DNA of 64,000 nucleotides from Oscillospiraceae bacterium (GTDB taxonomy: Bacteria > Bacillota > Clostridia > Oscillospirales > Oscillospiraceae), in contig JAJQEJ010000055.1 of assembly GCA_021201735.1 (NCBI GenBank), positions 4,650-68,649 on the forward strand, in the 5' to 3' direction. Below, piece by piece: positions 16,389-27,721 of this stretch. The notes under the pieces were generated by a model, which worked only from the letters and a program-made list of their open reading frames with translations, was not told the DNA's origin and made no database searches. How positions within the stretch are numbered: position 1 is the stretch's first letter; each line of letters starts with the position of its first letter. The translations under genes were made by a program, and so were the position numbers.

Positions 16389-19300
16389 TCATTGGGCCTC
16401 TAAGTGGCTGTTTGCCACAGACCATGACTGCTCAAGCGCAGACCAGTTTGGAACGTCGGTGACGGCCGTCCACGTCTCTTTTCCGTTTTCCAATCTGGCA
16501 TGTATATGGGAATTGGTTGCCTCCTGTACTGCGTGATAGTGCCACGCGCTCACATTGTTGTCCGGCCACACAATCATATCCTCATGCATGTCCTCAATCT
16601 CGTACCGTTCCAGCACACGATTGATCAGTGTCATAGCCTCCGCCCGCGTGATATGCTGATCCGGTCTGAAGGTTCCGTCTGTGTAGCCGGTGATCCAGCC
16701 CTCTTCCGCCGCCCGATTCATATGCTCCGCCGCCCAGTGACCGGAAATATCGGAAAACTTGTCCGCGCCTGTATAGGTGCTTTCTGAAAAACGCGCTGCA
16801 ATCGTCGCAAACTCTGCCCTGGTGATGGGACGGCTTCCGCCAAAGATGCCGTCTGGGTAACCCGTCAGAATACCCGCATTCGTCATGGTGGAAACAGCGT
16901 TATGATACCAGTCATCGCCGGATAGGTCGGAATAACGGTTGGACGTCGCCCAGTAGACGCTGCGGGAATCATCTGTCAGCAGACGGAAAAAGATCGTAGC
17001 AACCTCCGCGCGCTGGATATCGGCCTCTGGCCGGACAGTGCCGTCTGGATAACCGATAATGTAAGCCATATGGTCATCCAAGTTCAACTCCGGCCCCGAT
17101 GTGCCGCCGTCCTCCGCCCACTGCGCATACAGCGTTACATTTGCGGTGATTCGAATGATATCCGCCGGGGCGTAGGGTATACCGGCAGTGTCTGCCTCGG
17201 TATTCCAGCCAGTGAATGCATACCCTTCCCGGGAAATTCCCGCCGTGGCGCTGGATTTAATGGTATAGGCCGTCCCGGAGGATAAGCCGGAATCCCTGTC
17301 GCTGCCTGTACCGCCATTGGCATTGTACGTCACGGTGTATGTTGTGCTCCCGCCCCCACTGCTACCGTTGGATTGCCAAACGGCATACAGGTCAGCATCA
17401 CCGCTGATTGTGAGGAGAGCCGTCCCTGCCGCGCAGTCGGCGGCTGTGTAGGTAACGGAGCCGGAAGCGCTGTCTGACCAGCCTCGGAAGGTATACCCCA
17501 CGCGTGTGGAAAGGGTGGTACCGGCATAGTCCTTCACCGTGTATACTGTATTCTCGGCCAGATTCGCGTCGTCCGAGCCGGAATAGGTCGCGTCCGCGCC
17601 ATAGTTGCTATGATAGGTTATGCTGTAAACCGATTCAGCGTTTTCTTCCCAGATTGCAAAAATATCAATGTTTCCGTTTGCAGGAATCTCGCCGCCGACC
17701 ATGTCACCCACCGCGTAGGAGGCATTTGGTGCGGTATCGCCTTCCATGTCGCTCCAGCCGAGGAAGCTGTGATCCGCATAGGAAAAGCCGGGGCCAGCCG
17801 CGTTATCCAAAATCATATGCGCTGCTCCTACGGATGTATATGAAATATACGTGTTGCCTGTACCGTTGTTTGCATGGTAGGTCACGGTATAATACTCGGC
17901 CGCCGGCGCTTTGACATAGTTGATATCAAAATTGTTAATTGGGTGCTTGTTTGTCAGCGCATCCGATGCGCTGATGCTTGCAAATTGGAGGTCTGAATAC
18001 CAAGCAGACACGTCTTCCGGTGCATTATACAGACCATCCGCGCTGTTGCCGCTGAATATCGTATCCCCAGCTGTTTTGATATTGGCGTAATCTGAGGCCG
18101 TAATCGCATAATCACCCATACCGGAGGGATCGGGCGTAAAGTCCTCGGTATAAATGCCGCCACCTTCCTTTGCCGCCGTATTGCCGGTCAGTTCCGACCC
18201 GCCGGTTACGTTGAGGTCCGCCGTCTGCGCCACGTAAATCCCGCCGCCGTGATTTACGGAGGCTACGTTCTCACGAATGCTTGTCCCCAGAAGGTTAGCC
18301 GTGTCCCCCGCGCCGAGATAGATCCCGCCGCCGCCACTGCCCGCAGATTCCGCCCTGTTTCCCATTATGACGCTGTCCTCAATCCAAATGCTGTTCCCGC
18401 CGCCATAGGTTGCGATGCCGCCGCCGGAGGTGCTTGAGCGGTTGTCCTCTATTGTACCGCCCAGCACGGTAAGCATGCTGTTGGCCCAGACATAAACCCC
18501 GCCGCCCAGACCTCCATTGGCTTGGTTTCCGCTGATCTCACCCGCGTACATGGTCGCTTTCGTCTGGTACAGCGCGATGCCGCCGCCAGTGGTTGTCCCT
18601 TGGTTCCCTCGGATAACCGGGAAGATATTGGAGGTGGGGGAGCCAATCTCAATTTCCTTGATACGCCCATTGGGCCCCAAACTGCTGATGGCACAAATTG
18701 CGCCGCCATAATAAGTATGTGCTATGTTGCCGGATATCTCCCCACCGTACAATTGAAGGGATACGCTGTCATCCGTATTTGCGTCGGCAAGGTATATGCC
18801 GCCGCCACCTATCGCCGTATTTTTGGAAATCAGGCCATCATGAACCGTAACGTTTCCGTTAAATTGCGCCGACACGCCGCCGCCGTATAGCTCCGCTTCG
18901 TTTCCTGATATGTCGCCGCCATTCATAATAAAGCTGCACCAATCGTCGGGTTCATTTCCGTAACGACTGCTCTGCCCCACAAACACGCCGCCGCCGGTAG
19001 TTTTGGCGGCATTGTTGCGGATAGATCCGCCGTTCATGATAAACGTGGCCCGAACGTACACAGAAACGCCACCGCCGCCTTCTACCAAAGCCTCGTTCCC
19101 ATAAATCTCACCTTTGTCCATCGTGAAATTGGAATACAGCCCAACATCCACGCCGCCGCTCCATGTGTTCGCGTTGTCGTGGATGCTCCCGCCGTACATA
19201 TACCCGACGCTTCCTGTGTTTTCATCTGTCCTACTCGCCGCCGTGAGCGCAAGGCCACCACCGCTGGCACTGGTGCCGGATGTGTTACTGTTGTGTGCGA

Positions 19301-19805
19301 TCTCTCCTCCATGCATGTAAAATGTCCCATTGGTCACAAGTACGCCTGTGCCGGAGCCGCCACCAATTGAGGCCCGGCAGTATTGAATGACCGCGCCGTC
19401 CTTCATAGTGAGACTGCCACCCGTCACCGTTACGCCGCCCCCGTCAGATGGGTCATTCCCCTGTATCACAATATCCTCCAACGTCAGATTGCCCAGCACC
19501 AAGAAGTGCCGTTGGGATGCGGCCGAGGTGATGGTAACCGTCCCGCCGCCGCCAGAGATAAGGGTAATGTCGGTATCCACCGGAATGGTCAACACTTCCG
19601 TCAGCGTAATATTATCCGTTATCTCAATGACATAGGACGGCCCTGCGCCTGTTGGCGCATTCTCTATCGCTGTCTTCAAGGCACTTTCGCTGTTTACGGA
19701 TGTGTCTGCCGCCGATACGTGCAAGCCCAGAGTAAACAGCATGGCGATCGCAATACATAGCGCAATTCCCCGGGTGGCGCGGAATCCTTTTTTTCCTTCT
19801 TTCAT
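16389..19805 (-). CDS. Secreted beta-helix / Flg_new surface protein with three C-terminal SLH domains
   Basis: 1138 aa. Signal peptide MKEGKKGFRATRGIALCIAIAMLFTLGLHVSAAD. The beta-helix region is collinear with the 8442 and 11510 paralogs, for example EPDDWCSFIMNGG vs EPTDWCRFIMNSG and ITASDYANIKTA..HPINNFDINYV vs LTASDYQNITTA..NPINNYDINYV. It has 3-4 Flg_new repeats. The SLH triplet (about 16608-17090) includes YPDGTVRPEADIQRAEVA, GYPDGIFGGSRPITRAEFA and GYTDGTFRPDQHITRAEAM. Confidence 0.9.
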   Translation of the reverse strand: MKEGKKGFRATRGIALCIAIAMLFTLGLHVSAADTSVNSESALKTAIENAPTGAGPSYVIEITDNITLTEVLTIPVDTDITLISGGGGTVTITSAASQRHFLVLGNLTLEDIVIQGNDPSDGGGVTVTGGSLTMKDGAVIQYCRASIGGGSGTGVLVTNGTFYMHGGEIAHNSNTSGTSASGGGLALTAASRTDENTGSVGYMYGGSIHDNANTWSGGVDVGLYSNFTMDKGEIYGNEALVEGGGGVSVYVRATFIMNGGSIRNNAAKTTGGGVFVGQSSRYGNEPDDWCSFIMNGGDISGNEAELYGGGVSAQFNGNVTVHDGLISKNTAIGGGGIYLADANTDDSVSLQLYGGEISGNIAHTYYGGAICAISSLGPNGRIKEIEIGSPTSNIFPVIRGNQGTTTGGGIALYQTKATMYAGEISGNQANGGLGGGVYVWANSMLTVLGGTIEDNRSSTSGGGIATYGGGNSIWIEDSVIMGNRAESAGSGGGGIYLGAGDTANLLGTSIRENVASVNHGGGIYVAQTADLNVTGGSELTGNTAAKEGGGIYTEDFTPDPSGMGDYAITASDYANIKTAGDTIFSGNSADGLYNAPEDVSAWYSDLQFASISASDALTNKHPINNFDINYVKAPAAEYYTVTYHANNGTGNTYISYTSVGAAHMILDNAAGPGFSYADHSFLGWSDMEGDTAPNASYAVGDMVGGEIPANGNIDIFAIWEENAESVYSITYHSNYGADATYSGSDDANLAENTVYTVKDYAGTTLSTRVGYTFRGWSDSASGSVTYTAADCAAGTALLTISGDADLYAVWQSNGSSGGGSTTYTVTYNANGGTGSDRDSGLSSGTAYTIKSSATAGISREGYAFTGWNTEADTAGIPYAPADIIRITANVTLYAQWAEDGGTSGPELNLDDHMAYIIGYPDGTVRPEADIQRAEVATIFFRLLTDDSRSVYWATSNRYSDLSGDDWYHNAVSTMTNAGILTGYPDGIFGGSRPITRAEFATIAARFSESTYTGADKFSDISGHWAAEHMNRAAEEGWITGYTDGTFRPDQHITRAEAMTLINRVLERYEIEDMHEDMIVWPDNNVSAWHYHAVQEATNSHIHARLENGKETWTAVTDVPNWSALEQSWSVANSHLEAQ

Positions 19806-19889
19806 AAACGTAGTTCCTTTCCCCTAAGTTTAGTGAATGCTACATGCTATCTTTTAATGATATCATAGCAATATAGTATTCTTTATTTA

Positions 19890-19918
19890 AGTATACCATA
19901 GTACACGTATGCTGTAAA
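19890..19918 (-). promoter_or_regulatory. Sigma-A type promoter of the SLH-anchored beta-helix gene
   Basis: Minus strand: TTTACA (19918-19913), 17 nt, then TATACT (19895-19890). Confidence 0.55.
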
Positions 19919-20002
19919 TATTTTTCGGCCATATTCGGCATATACGAGTAGATTTTTTACTGAAAGCCCTTGCACTAACTGCTTTACACCTTTGCAAAAA
20001 AG

Positions 20003-20040
20003 AAAAGAAGCCAAATCTTATGACAGATTTGGCTTCTTTT
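20003..20040 (-). terminator. Intrinsic terminator after tRNA-Gln
   Basis: A 16-bp stem, AAAAGAAGCCAAATCT / AGATTTGGCTTCTTTT, followed on the minus strand by CTTTTTTGC. Confidence 0.8.
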
Positions 20041-20048
20041 GTAAAATT

Positions 20049-20122
20049 TGGCAGCCGGAGAAGGATTCGAACCCTCACAAACAGAGTCAGAGTCTGTCGT
20101 GCTACCCTTACACAATCCGGCT
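20049..20122 (-). tRNA. tRNA-Gln (anticodon CUG), CCA encoded
   Basis: Hand-folded. Acceptor AGCCGGA/TCCGGCT. D arm GTGT-AAGGGTA-GCAC. Anticodon stem ACAGA/TCTGT with loop CTCTGAC, giving anticodon CTG. T arm GAGGG-TTCGAAT-CCTTC. Discriminator G, then CCA. Confidence 0.75.
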
Positions 20123-20160
20123 ATCTCCGCCCCACAACACATAAACGCGGAGCGGAGATT

Positions 20161-20189
20161 ATTATATCAACGGGCTTACAATTTGTCAA
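20161..20189 (-). promoter_or_regulatory. Consensus sigma-A promoter for tRNA-Gln
   Basis: Minus strand: TTGACA (20189-20184), 17 nt, then TATAAT (20166-20161). About 39 nt upstream of the tRNA 5' end. Confidence 0.75.
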
Positions 20190-20216
20190 TATAAAAATGA
20201 AATGATTTTGGAAATT

Positions 20217-21956
20217 TTATGCCTCCGCACTTTTATAGACACGATAGCAGAAACAATTGTCTTCACTGATGGCTTCAATGATGGGGTTGCGGTCGACAGA
20301 AAGCTCAAATTCGATGCTTGCAGCGGTTGGATTATAATCGGTAAAGACCGGATGTGTCGGCTGTAAATCAGGCTCGGGATCAATGACGAAATTCTGCCCC
20401 CAGCCAATCGTCACACTGGTTGCCGACTGATACTCCACACTGCCGCAGTGGGTCGCCCAGTGGTTTTTCCCATTCATGGCGTCAAGGTCGGAGCCCTGAA
20501 TGACGGTAGCCGTTGCGGTCATGGCATCTTCATCCAGTACAAATTCTATCGTGCGTGTCAGATTCTGCTCGGTATCGGTATGGTTATCAAACACGCTCAG
20601 GGTAGAATCATTTCCGGCAAGCGCCGCATCCACATACTCGGCATAGTGCTGGCCAATAAACAAATTCCCGTCTGCGTCAATGAACTCTTCCAGTCCGCTA
20701 AACTGGTTATTCTTTCCTCCCAGCGTCCAAATAAGCGCGCCGGTCTCGCGGTCAAACTTATATACGGCGTATTGATTGCGCATCGACATGATAACATTAT
20801 TATCTGCAGGATCGACGCGAACAGAGTTGATGTGGACATAGTCCTTATAGTCGTCTGCCGTGCCGTCGCCGGAGCTGGTCTCGTAGTCTGTTCTCTCCAT
20901 AGCGGTTTCATAGAAGATTGGATTATCAATCGTATTATACTCGTGCAAAACCGTACCGTCTAAAACCTCCTGCACAATACCAGCCTGTACATACGCACCT
21001 GTGCCACCGTCAATCCCCATTCCTTCCGGCAGGTTGTCAACATAAACGGGGGCATAGCTCAAATTAAACCAGTGGTTCTCTCCCAGCATATACATTTCGT
21101 GCTGGTCAAGATAACCCTCACCATGTCCGCGGGTTTCATTCTGATAGGGCTCTAACGTGACATAATTCACTTCCTGAAATTGATCATTCATCACAACATA
21201 CATGCCGCTGCTAAAGCCGCCGATTGCGTTTCTCATATCCACATTGAGTTCAATAAAATACGTGTAAAACAGTCCGTCTTCCGTATCCTGCGGCGCGAAA
21301 TTCTCTACCATTCCGGCAAGATGGTCTACGTTGCGGTAATAAACCAGCTCCCCTGCTGTATTGACCTGGTATAAGAATTTATCAAGTGCCAAGGAATAAA
21401 CCCCCGCATCCGGGCTGCCGATTTCCACCTCAAACGTGGGGAAAAGCTCGTGAACCGTATGAATTTTGTAAATCGCGCCGTCTGTCATTGTAACCGTAAT
21501 CACTTCGTCCTTCATATCGGCAACGGAAATGGTGGCCGGTGTTATGGTGAAGGTGCCGTCGGCAACTTCCAGCGGCGTCTCCGCACCATCCCTTGTGACG
21601 GCGGCAGATTGCATGTCGCCTGTGAATGTCAGTTCATCTCCTGCCACCAATGCATTCAAATAGTAGTCGGTGGTATTTGCCGTGTCGTGCGCGCTATTGA
21701 GCACGACACCAGTTACGTTTTGCGCATCCGAAACCTGAAGACCAATGTCTGCGGTAGCCGGAACAGTGTAGTCCACGCTTTTCGCATCGTAAGCTGCAAT
21801 TTCACTTGCGTAGTCAAAGTAGCCAAGGGACTCTTCCACGTTCAATCCGGTGTTGACCGGCGTCGTTTCGTCCGGGGTTGTCTGATTGCTTGAACAGGCC
21901 GCAAGTAGTGCGATCAGCATGAGGGGTACCAGCAAGGAACACAGTTTCTTTTTCAT
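20217..21956 (-). CDS. Arylsulfotransferase (ASST) family lipoprotein
   Basis: Lipobox LIALLAAC|SSN. Beta-propeller-type repeats with DYVHINSVRVDPADNNVIMSMRNQYAVYKFD, which resembles the ASST catalytic His region. Start placed at the ATG at 21956, 7 nt after GGAGGA. Visibly AT-richer than its neighbours. Confidence 0.6.
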   Translation of the reverse strand: MKKKLCSLLVPLMLIALLAACSSNQTTPDETTPVNTGLNVEESLGYFDYASEIAAYDAKSVDYTVPATADIGLQVSDAQNVTGVVLNSAHDTANTTDYYLNALVAGDELTFTGDMQSAAVTRDGAETPLEVADGTFTITPATISVADMKDEVITVTMTDGAIYKIHTVHELFPTFEVEIGSPDAGVYSLALDKFLYQVNTAGELVYYRNVDHLAGMVENFAPQDTEDGLFYTYFIELNVDMRNAIGGFSSGMYVVMNDQFQEVNYVTLEPYQNETRGHGEGYLDQHEMYMLGENHWFNLSYAPVYVDNLPEGMGIDGGTGAYVQAGIVQEVLDGTVLHEYNTIDNPIFYETAMERTDYETSSGDGTADDYKDYVHINSVRVDPADNNVIMSMRNQYAVYKFDRETGALIWTLGGKNNQFSGLEEFIDADGNLFIGQHYAEYVDAALAGNDSTLSVFDNHTDTEQNLTRTIEFVLDEDAMTATATVIQGSDLDAMNGKNHWATHCGSVEYQSATSVTIGWGQNFVIDPEPDLQPTHPVFTDYNPTAASIEFELSVDRNPIIEAISEDNCFCYRVYKSAEA

Positions 21957-22052
21957 CGACATTTCCTCCTAATATTACAAAATTGTGAACATGGGCCCAT
22001 CAGAATTGTAACATTTGAACTGGGAAAAGGAAAATACCGAAAACACATCCAT

Positions 22053-22919
22053 TTATAACTCCAGGTTATTTATCACCTTATTGGCCAGCAGGTTATCTTT
22101 TTTCCATGCGGCAACTACCCTGTTCTCCAGACCCGGCAATTGCAGCCGCAGCAAGTCGCTGCGAATTGTGGTAATCTCTTCATCCAACAACGCAAATCCC
22201 ATACCCATTTCCAGATAGGCCAGCAAAGTATCAAAATTCGCAAGCCTTTGGATGGGTACTTTTGGCAGCCCCAGCTGTCTGAGATCATGCCGCTGGAACT
22301 GCTCCATACCGCTCGTCTTCCCATCGGAGACGACAAGCAGTGTGCTGCCCGCGAAATCAGAAATGTTTGGATGAGAAATGTTTGCAAGCGGAGATCGAAC
22401 GGAATAAATCAAGGCACTTTTTCTGACTGCAATATCGCGCGTTTCATATTCATAGAGCTCAGCTATCTCAAAATCCATGGTGCAAATCAGGTCTGCCTCA
22501 TCATTTTTGAGCATGCGCCGAATCGAATCAAATCCATCCCGTACAATTTTTAGCTCCTGATCAGGGAGGACGTTCTCTGCACATGCAATCATGCCCGGCA
22601 AATAATCATGTGAGACAAATCCATTAAAACAGGCCACGCGGAACTCTCCTTGCTCCTGCTTGCCGATTCTGTAAGTGCGCTCCGTAACCAGTTCCAGCTG
22701 CAGACGCATTTGCTGCAATTCTTCCAGAAAAAAAGCGCCCGCCTTTGTCAGGCGCACCTCTCTGCTGTTGCGTATGAGCAGCTGCGTGTCAAGCTCTGTT
22801 TCAAGCATATGAATCTGTTTGCTCAACGCCGGCTGTGAAATATACAGAGATTTTGCAGCCAGTGTAAAATTAAGTTTTTCCGCAACGGAGAGAAAATATT
22901 TTATTCTGGATAAATTCAT
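22053..22919 (-). CDS. LysR-family transcriptional regulator
   Basis: HTH region MNLSRIKYFLSVAEKLNFTLAAKSLYISQPALSKQIHMLE, followed by a substrate-binding domain. Start at the ATG at 22919. Confidence 0.85.
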   Translation of the reverse strand: MNLSRIKYFLSVAEKLNFTLAAKSLYISQPALSKQIHMLETELDTQLLIRNSREVRLTKAGAFFLEELQQMRLQLELVTERTYRIGKQEQGEFRVACFNGFVSHDYLPGMIACAENVLPDQELKIVRDGFDSIRRMLKNDEADLICTMDFEIAELYEYETRDIAVRKSALIYSVRSPLANISHPNISDFAGSTLLVVSDGKTSGMEQFQRHDLRQLGLPKVPIQRLANFDTLLAYLEMGMGFALLDEEITTIRSDLLRLQLPGLENRVVAAWKKDNLLANKVINNLEL

Positions 22920-23045
22920 TTTTCGCCCACACCTATAGCTTAATTTTATTGACCTATGCAAAATAGTGATATACGCATTTTATATGCCGTTATTTTCATC
23001 ATAATATCACATCATCGCGGCACGAATTTTGTCTATGTTGCCATA

Positions 23046-23990
23046 TCAGGCACCCATAAGTCGGCAGATGGTCTGTTTGAGTGCCTGATATCCCTCTTCC
23101 GGATCGTCAATTTCCAAGACCGATTGTTCCAGCGGGCAGATGCCGTTTCCGGTGCGGTTGCTGATGACATCGATACAGCGCCCGAAGGATACTACCACGC
23201 CATGCCGCTCCAGATACGTTCTGGCGGCCTCGCTCATCACCACGCTGTAGGCCTGCACGACACCGCATTTCACCAGAAGCATAGCGGCGGCCTTCCCGAT
23301 AATTTTGTCGATGACAAACGCGCCCCGCAGGAGCTCAGGTGCTCCGTCCACCAGTGCCATCAGCGGCTTAACGCCGTTTCCGCTCGCCTTGTAGATGATC
23401 TCGCCGTCCCGCATGACGACGCAGGTGGCGTTCTGCTCCGACAGTACCTGCGTCCAGTCAGACTGCATCTCCCGTGGCGCGCGCCTGCGCGGCCCCGCCA
23501 CGCAACGCACCACGATGGGGATCAATATGAGCTGAATGATGATGCCGGGAATCCCCTGCACCACGGCGGTGGTAACAGATGCTATGCGCAGGACACCGTC
23601 ATTGGCGGTCAGCAACGCCGCAAAGATCAGCCCGTAGGTCACGCGCCCACAGACCATAGCAAACACAAGCGAGGGCAGGGTGGGCAGCTTCGCCTTCTTA
23701 CGGAGCAGCCCGGAAATGAGCCCATAGGTCATCAGCTCACCGGTCATGATGATTACCATGGGGTACGCGGGCATGCCCGTTAGTGCGGAGGACAAGAGCG
23801 GGATAACCGCGCCCCCGACCACACCGTAATATGGGCCGCATAGCAAGCCCAAAAGCAGGACCGGCAGATGCATGGGCAGCAAAATTGTCCCCTGCAAACC
23901 GAACATGTGGGACATCACCAGCGGCAGGAGGATGCCAAGCGCGGTCAATAGTCCCGCCAGCGTCAGTGTTTTGGTTTTGGTTCGTATCAT
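23046..23990 (-). CDS. Fusion protein: ECF-transporter S-component-like membrane domain + DUF1893 domain
   Basis: Start at the ATG at 23990 (RBS AAGGGGG 8 nt upstream); the upstream part of the 464-aa ORF-track entry overlaps the preceding gene. The N-terminal ~185 aa form 5-6 TM helices (GLLTALGILLPLV.., GGAVIPLLSSALTG..). The C-terminal ~125 aa carry CVVMRDGEIIY..GVKPL..DKIIGKAAAMLLV..NRTGNGICPLEQSVLEIDDPEE, the DUF1893 pattern as I recall it. Confidence 0.65.
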   Translation of the reverse strand: MIRTKTKTLTLAGLLTALGILLPLVMSHMFGLQGTILLPMHLPVLLLGLLCGPYYGVVGGAVIPLLSSALTGMPAYPMVIIMTGELMTYGLISGLLRKKAKLPTLPSLVFAMVCGRVTYGLIFAALLTANDGVLRIASVTTAVVQGIPGIIIQLILIPIVVRCVAGPRRRAPREMQSDWTQVLSEQNATCVVMRDGEIIYKASGNGVKPLMALVDGAPELLRGAFVIDKIIGKAAAMLLVKCGVVQAYSVVMSEAARTYLERHGVVVSFGRCIDVISNRTGNGICPLEQSVLEIDDPEEGYQALKQTICRLMGA

Positions 23991-24010
23991 AATCGCTACC
24001 CCCTTTGCCG

Positions 24011-25135
24011 CTACCGGTGAAACAGCGCCGCCGCCGCGGAGAGTTCCTCGCTGATGGAAATTTTCTGCGGGCAGACCGTCTCGCATGCCCCACAGCCGAG
24101 ACACGCTGCGGCGTCGCCGACGCCGTCGACCGCCCATGTATATTTCGTCTGTGCGCTCGCCTGATTGTGATAGACAAGATATTCGTTCATGACGCGGAAA
24201 ATATCCGAGATGGGAATGCTTTTCGGGCAACCGGGGGCGCAGTAATTGCATTCGGTGCAGGATATCTGCGGGAAACCCGCCAGAATCTTGCGCACCTCCT
24301 CCACAGTATCCCGTTCTTGCTCGGAAAGCGGCGTGAAGTGCTCCATATAGGAGAGATTGTCCTCCACCTGCGCGAGGTTTGACATACCGCTTAGGACCGT
24401 GACAATCCCCTCCAGCGACGCGGCATAGCGGATCGCCCATGATGCGGCGGACGCATCCGGATTTGCCGCGCGGAGGAGCCCCTCCGCCTGCGGGGGGAGC
24501 GACGAGAGCGAGCCGCCTTTGACCGGCTCCATAATGATCACGGGCTTGCCGTGCCGGCGGGCCGTTTCATAACATTTGCGGGACTGCACCGTGTCGCTCT
24601 CCCAGTCGGCATAGTTAATTTGCATCTGTACAAACTCCATCTCCGGGTGTGCGGTAAGCACCTCCTCCAGGTGGTCCGCCCCTGCGTGTATGGAAAAACC
24701 CAAATGCTTAATGCGTCCCTCCGTCTTCTGTTTTGCGAGAAAGTTCCACAGGTCATACCGGTCAAAATATTCGGTGCGCCCCTCTCCTAAATTATGCAGG
24801 AGATAGAAGTCAAAATAGCCCGCGCCCGTGCGCTCCAGTGACGTCCAGAACATATTCTCCGCCTGCTCACGCGTGGTAACACTCGGAAACCATGCCGGGA
24901 GCTTGGTCGCAAGCTGAAACCGCTCCCGCGGGTAGCGGTCGACCAGCGCCGTTTTGATCGCCGCCTCCGACTTGCCGCCCAAATAACCATAGGCGGTGTC
25001 AAAATAGGTGAACCCTTTTTCCATAAACAGGTCAACCATCTGCTTGGTCTGCTCAATATCCACCTCTCGGCCCAACATGGGAAGCCGCATAAATCCAAAG
25101 CCCAGCGGCCTAATATTTTCTCCTAAATATGACAC
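24011..25135 (-). CDS. Aldo/keto reductase with C-terminal 4Fe-4S ferredoxin-like Cys cluster
   Basis: LGFGFMRLP, FDTAYGYLGGKSE, and at the C-terminus CTECNYCAPGCP ... CLGCGACETVCP. The start is uncertain. I favour the GTG at 25135 (GAGGG upstream, giving MSYLGENIRPLGFG); the ORF track extends to a TTG at 25204. Confidence 0.75.
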   Translation of the reverse strand: MSYLGENIRPLGFGFMRLPMLGREVDIEQTKQMVDLFMEKGFTYFDTAYGYLGGKSEAAIKTALVDRYPRERFQLATKLPAWFPSVTTREQAENMFWTSLERTGAGYFDFYLLHNLGEGRTEYFDRYDLWNFLAKQKTEGRIKHLGFSIHAGADHLEEVLTAHPEMEFVQMQINYADWESDTVQSRKCYETARRHGKPVIIMEPVKGGSLSSLPPQAEGLLRAANPDASAASWAIRYAASLEGIVTVLSGMSNLAQVEDNLSYMEHFTPLSEQERDTVEEVRKILAGFPQISCTECNYCAPGCPKSIPISDIFRVMNEYLVYHNQASAQTKYTWAVDGVGDAAACLGCGACETVCPQKISISEELSAAAALFHR

Positions 25136-25231
25136 AGTTCGCGCACCCTCATTCTGTCTTTGTATTCCACAAACGGACTGCCGCATTGCGGTCTGTCCCC
25201 ACAATTCAGCAGTCCGTTTGGCATTTGTTTT

Positions 25232-27457
<2,226 letters not shown>

Positions 27458-27655
27458 AAAGTGCCCCCCTTACAGAAAATTCTAAAGTTCAACAGCATCA
27501 TGAACCGGCCGGGGGTACGACTCACAGCCGTATTCACTATTTATGATGCTTCTAGTTAATATAGCATACCTTTCCCGAAAATACAAGAAATGCAGTCAGG
27601 AAAGCTGTAAACTTTTTATGAAAAGCGTAGAAATCAGCCCATGTGCCGTTTTGCC

Positions 27656-27695
27656 TGTTTGCCATTTTCCCGCTCAGGTGATAAAATGGCAAACA
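27656..27695 (+). promoter_or_regulatory. pcrA promoter embedded in a 13-bp perfect inverted repeat
   Basis: TTGCCA (27659-27664), 17 nt, then TAAAAT (27682-27687). The arms TGTTTGCCATTTT (27656-27668) and AAAATGGCAAACA (27683-27695) cover the -35 and -10 elements. Confidence 0.5.
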
Positions 27696-27721
27696 AGGAC
27701 AAATAAAGGACTGGTTACAAT

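Noticed and set aside
21990-22010. 10-bp palindrome ATGGGCCCAT, flanked by TTACAA/TTGTAA, between the LysR gene and the arylsulfotransferase gene as a LysR box
   Set aside because: It is plausible by position, but it is short and does not clearly fit T-N11-A. The support is too weak to list as a feature.
23991-24440. N-terminal 150 aa of the 464-aa ORF 23046..24440
   Set aside because: This stretch overlaps the 3' end of the AKR/ferredoxin gene in another frame and is R/G-rich with no features. A good RBS+ATG at 23990 starts the membrane domain. Similarly, I trimmed the upstream extensions of hslO (to 32074), dapF, the LysR gene, yerC, mpg and the small ORF at 45379.
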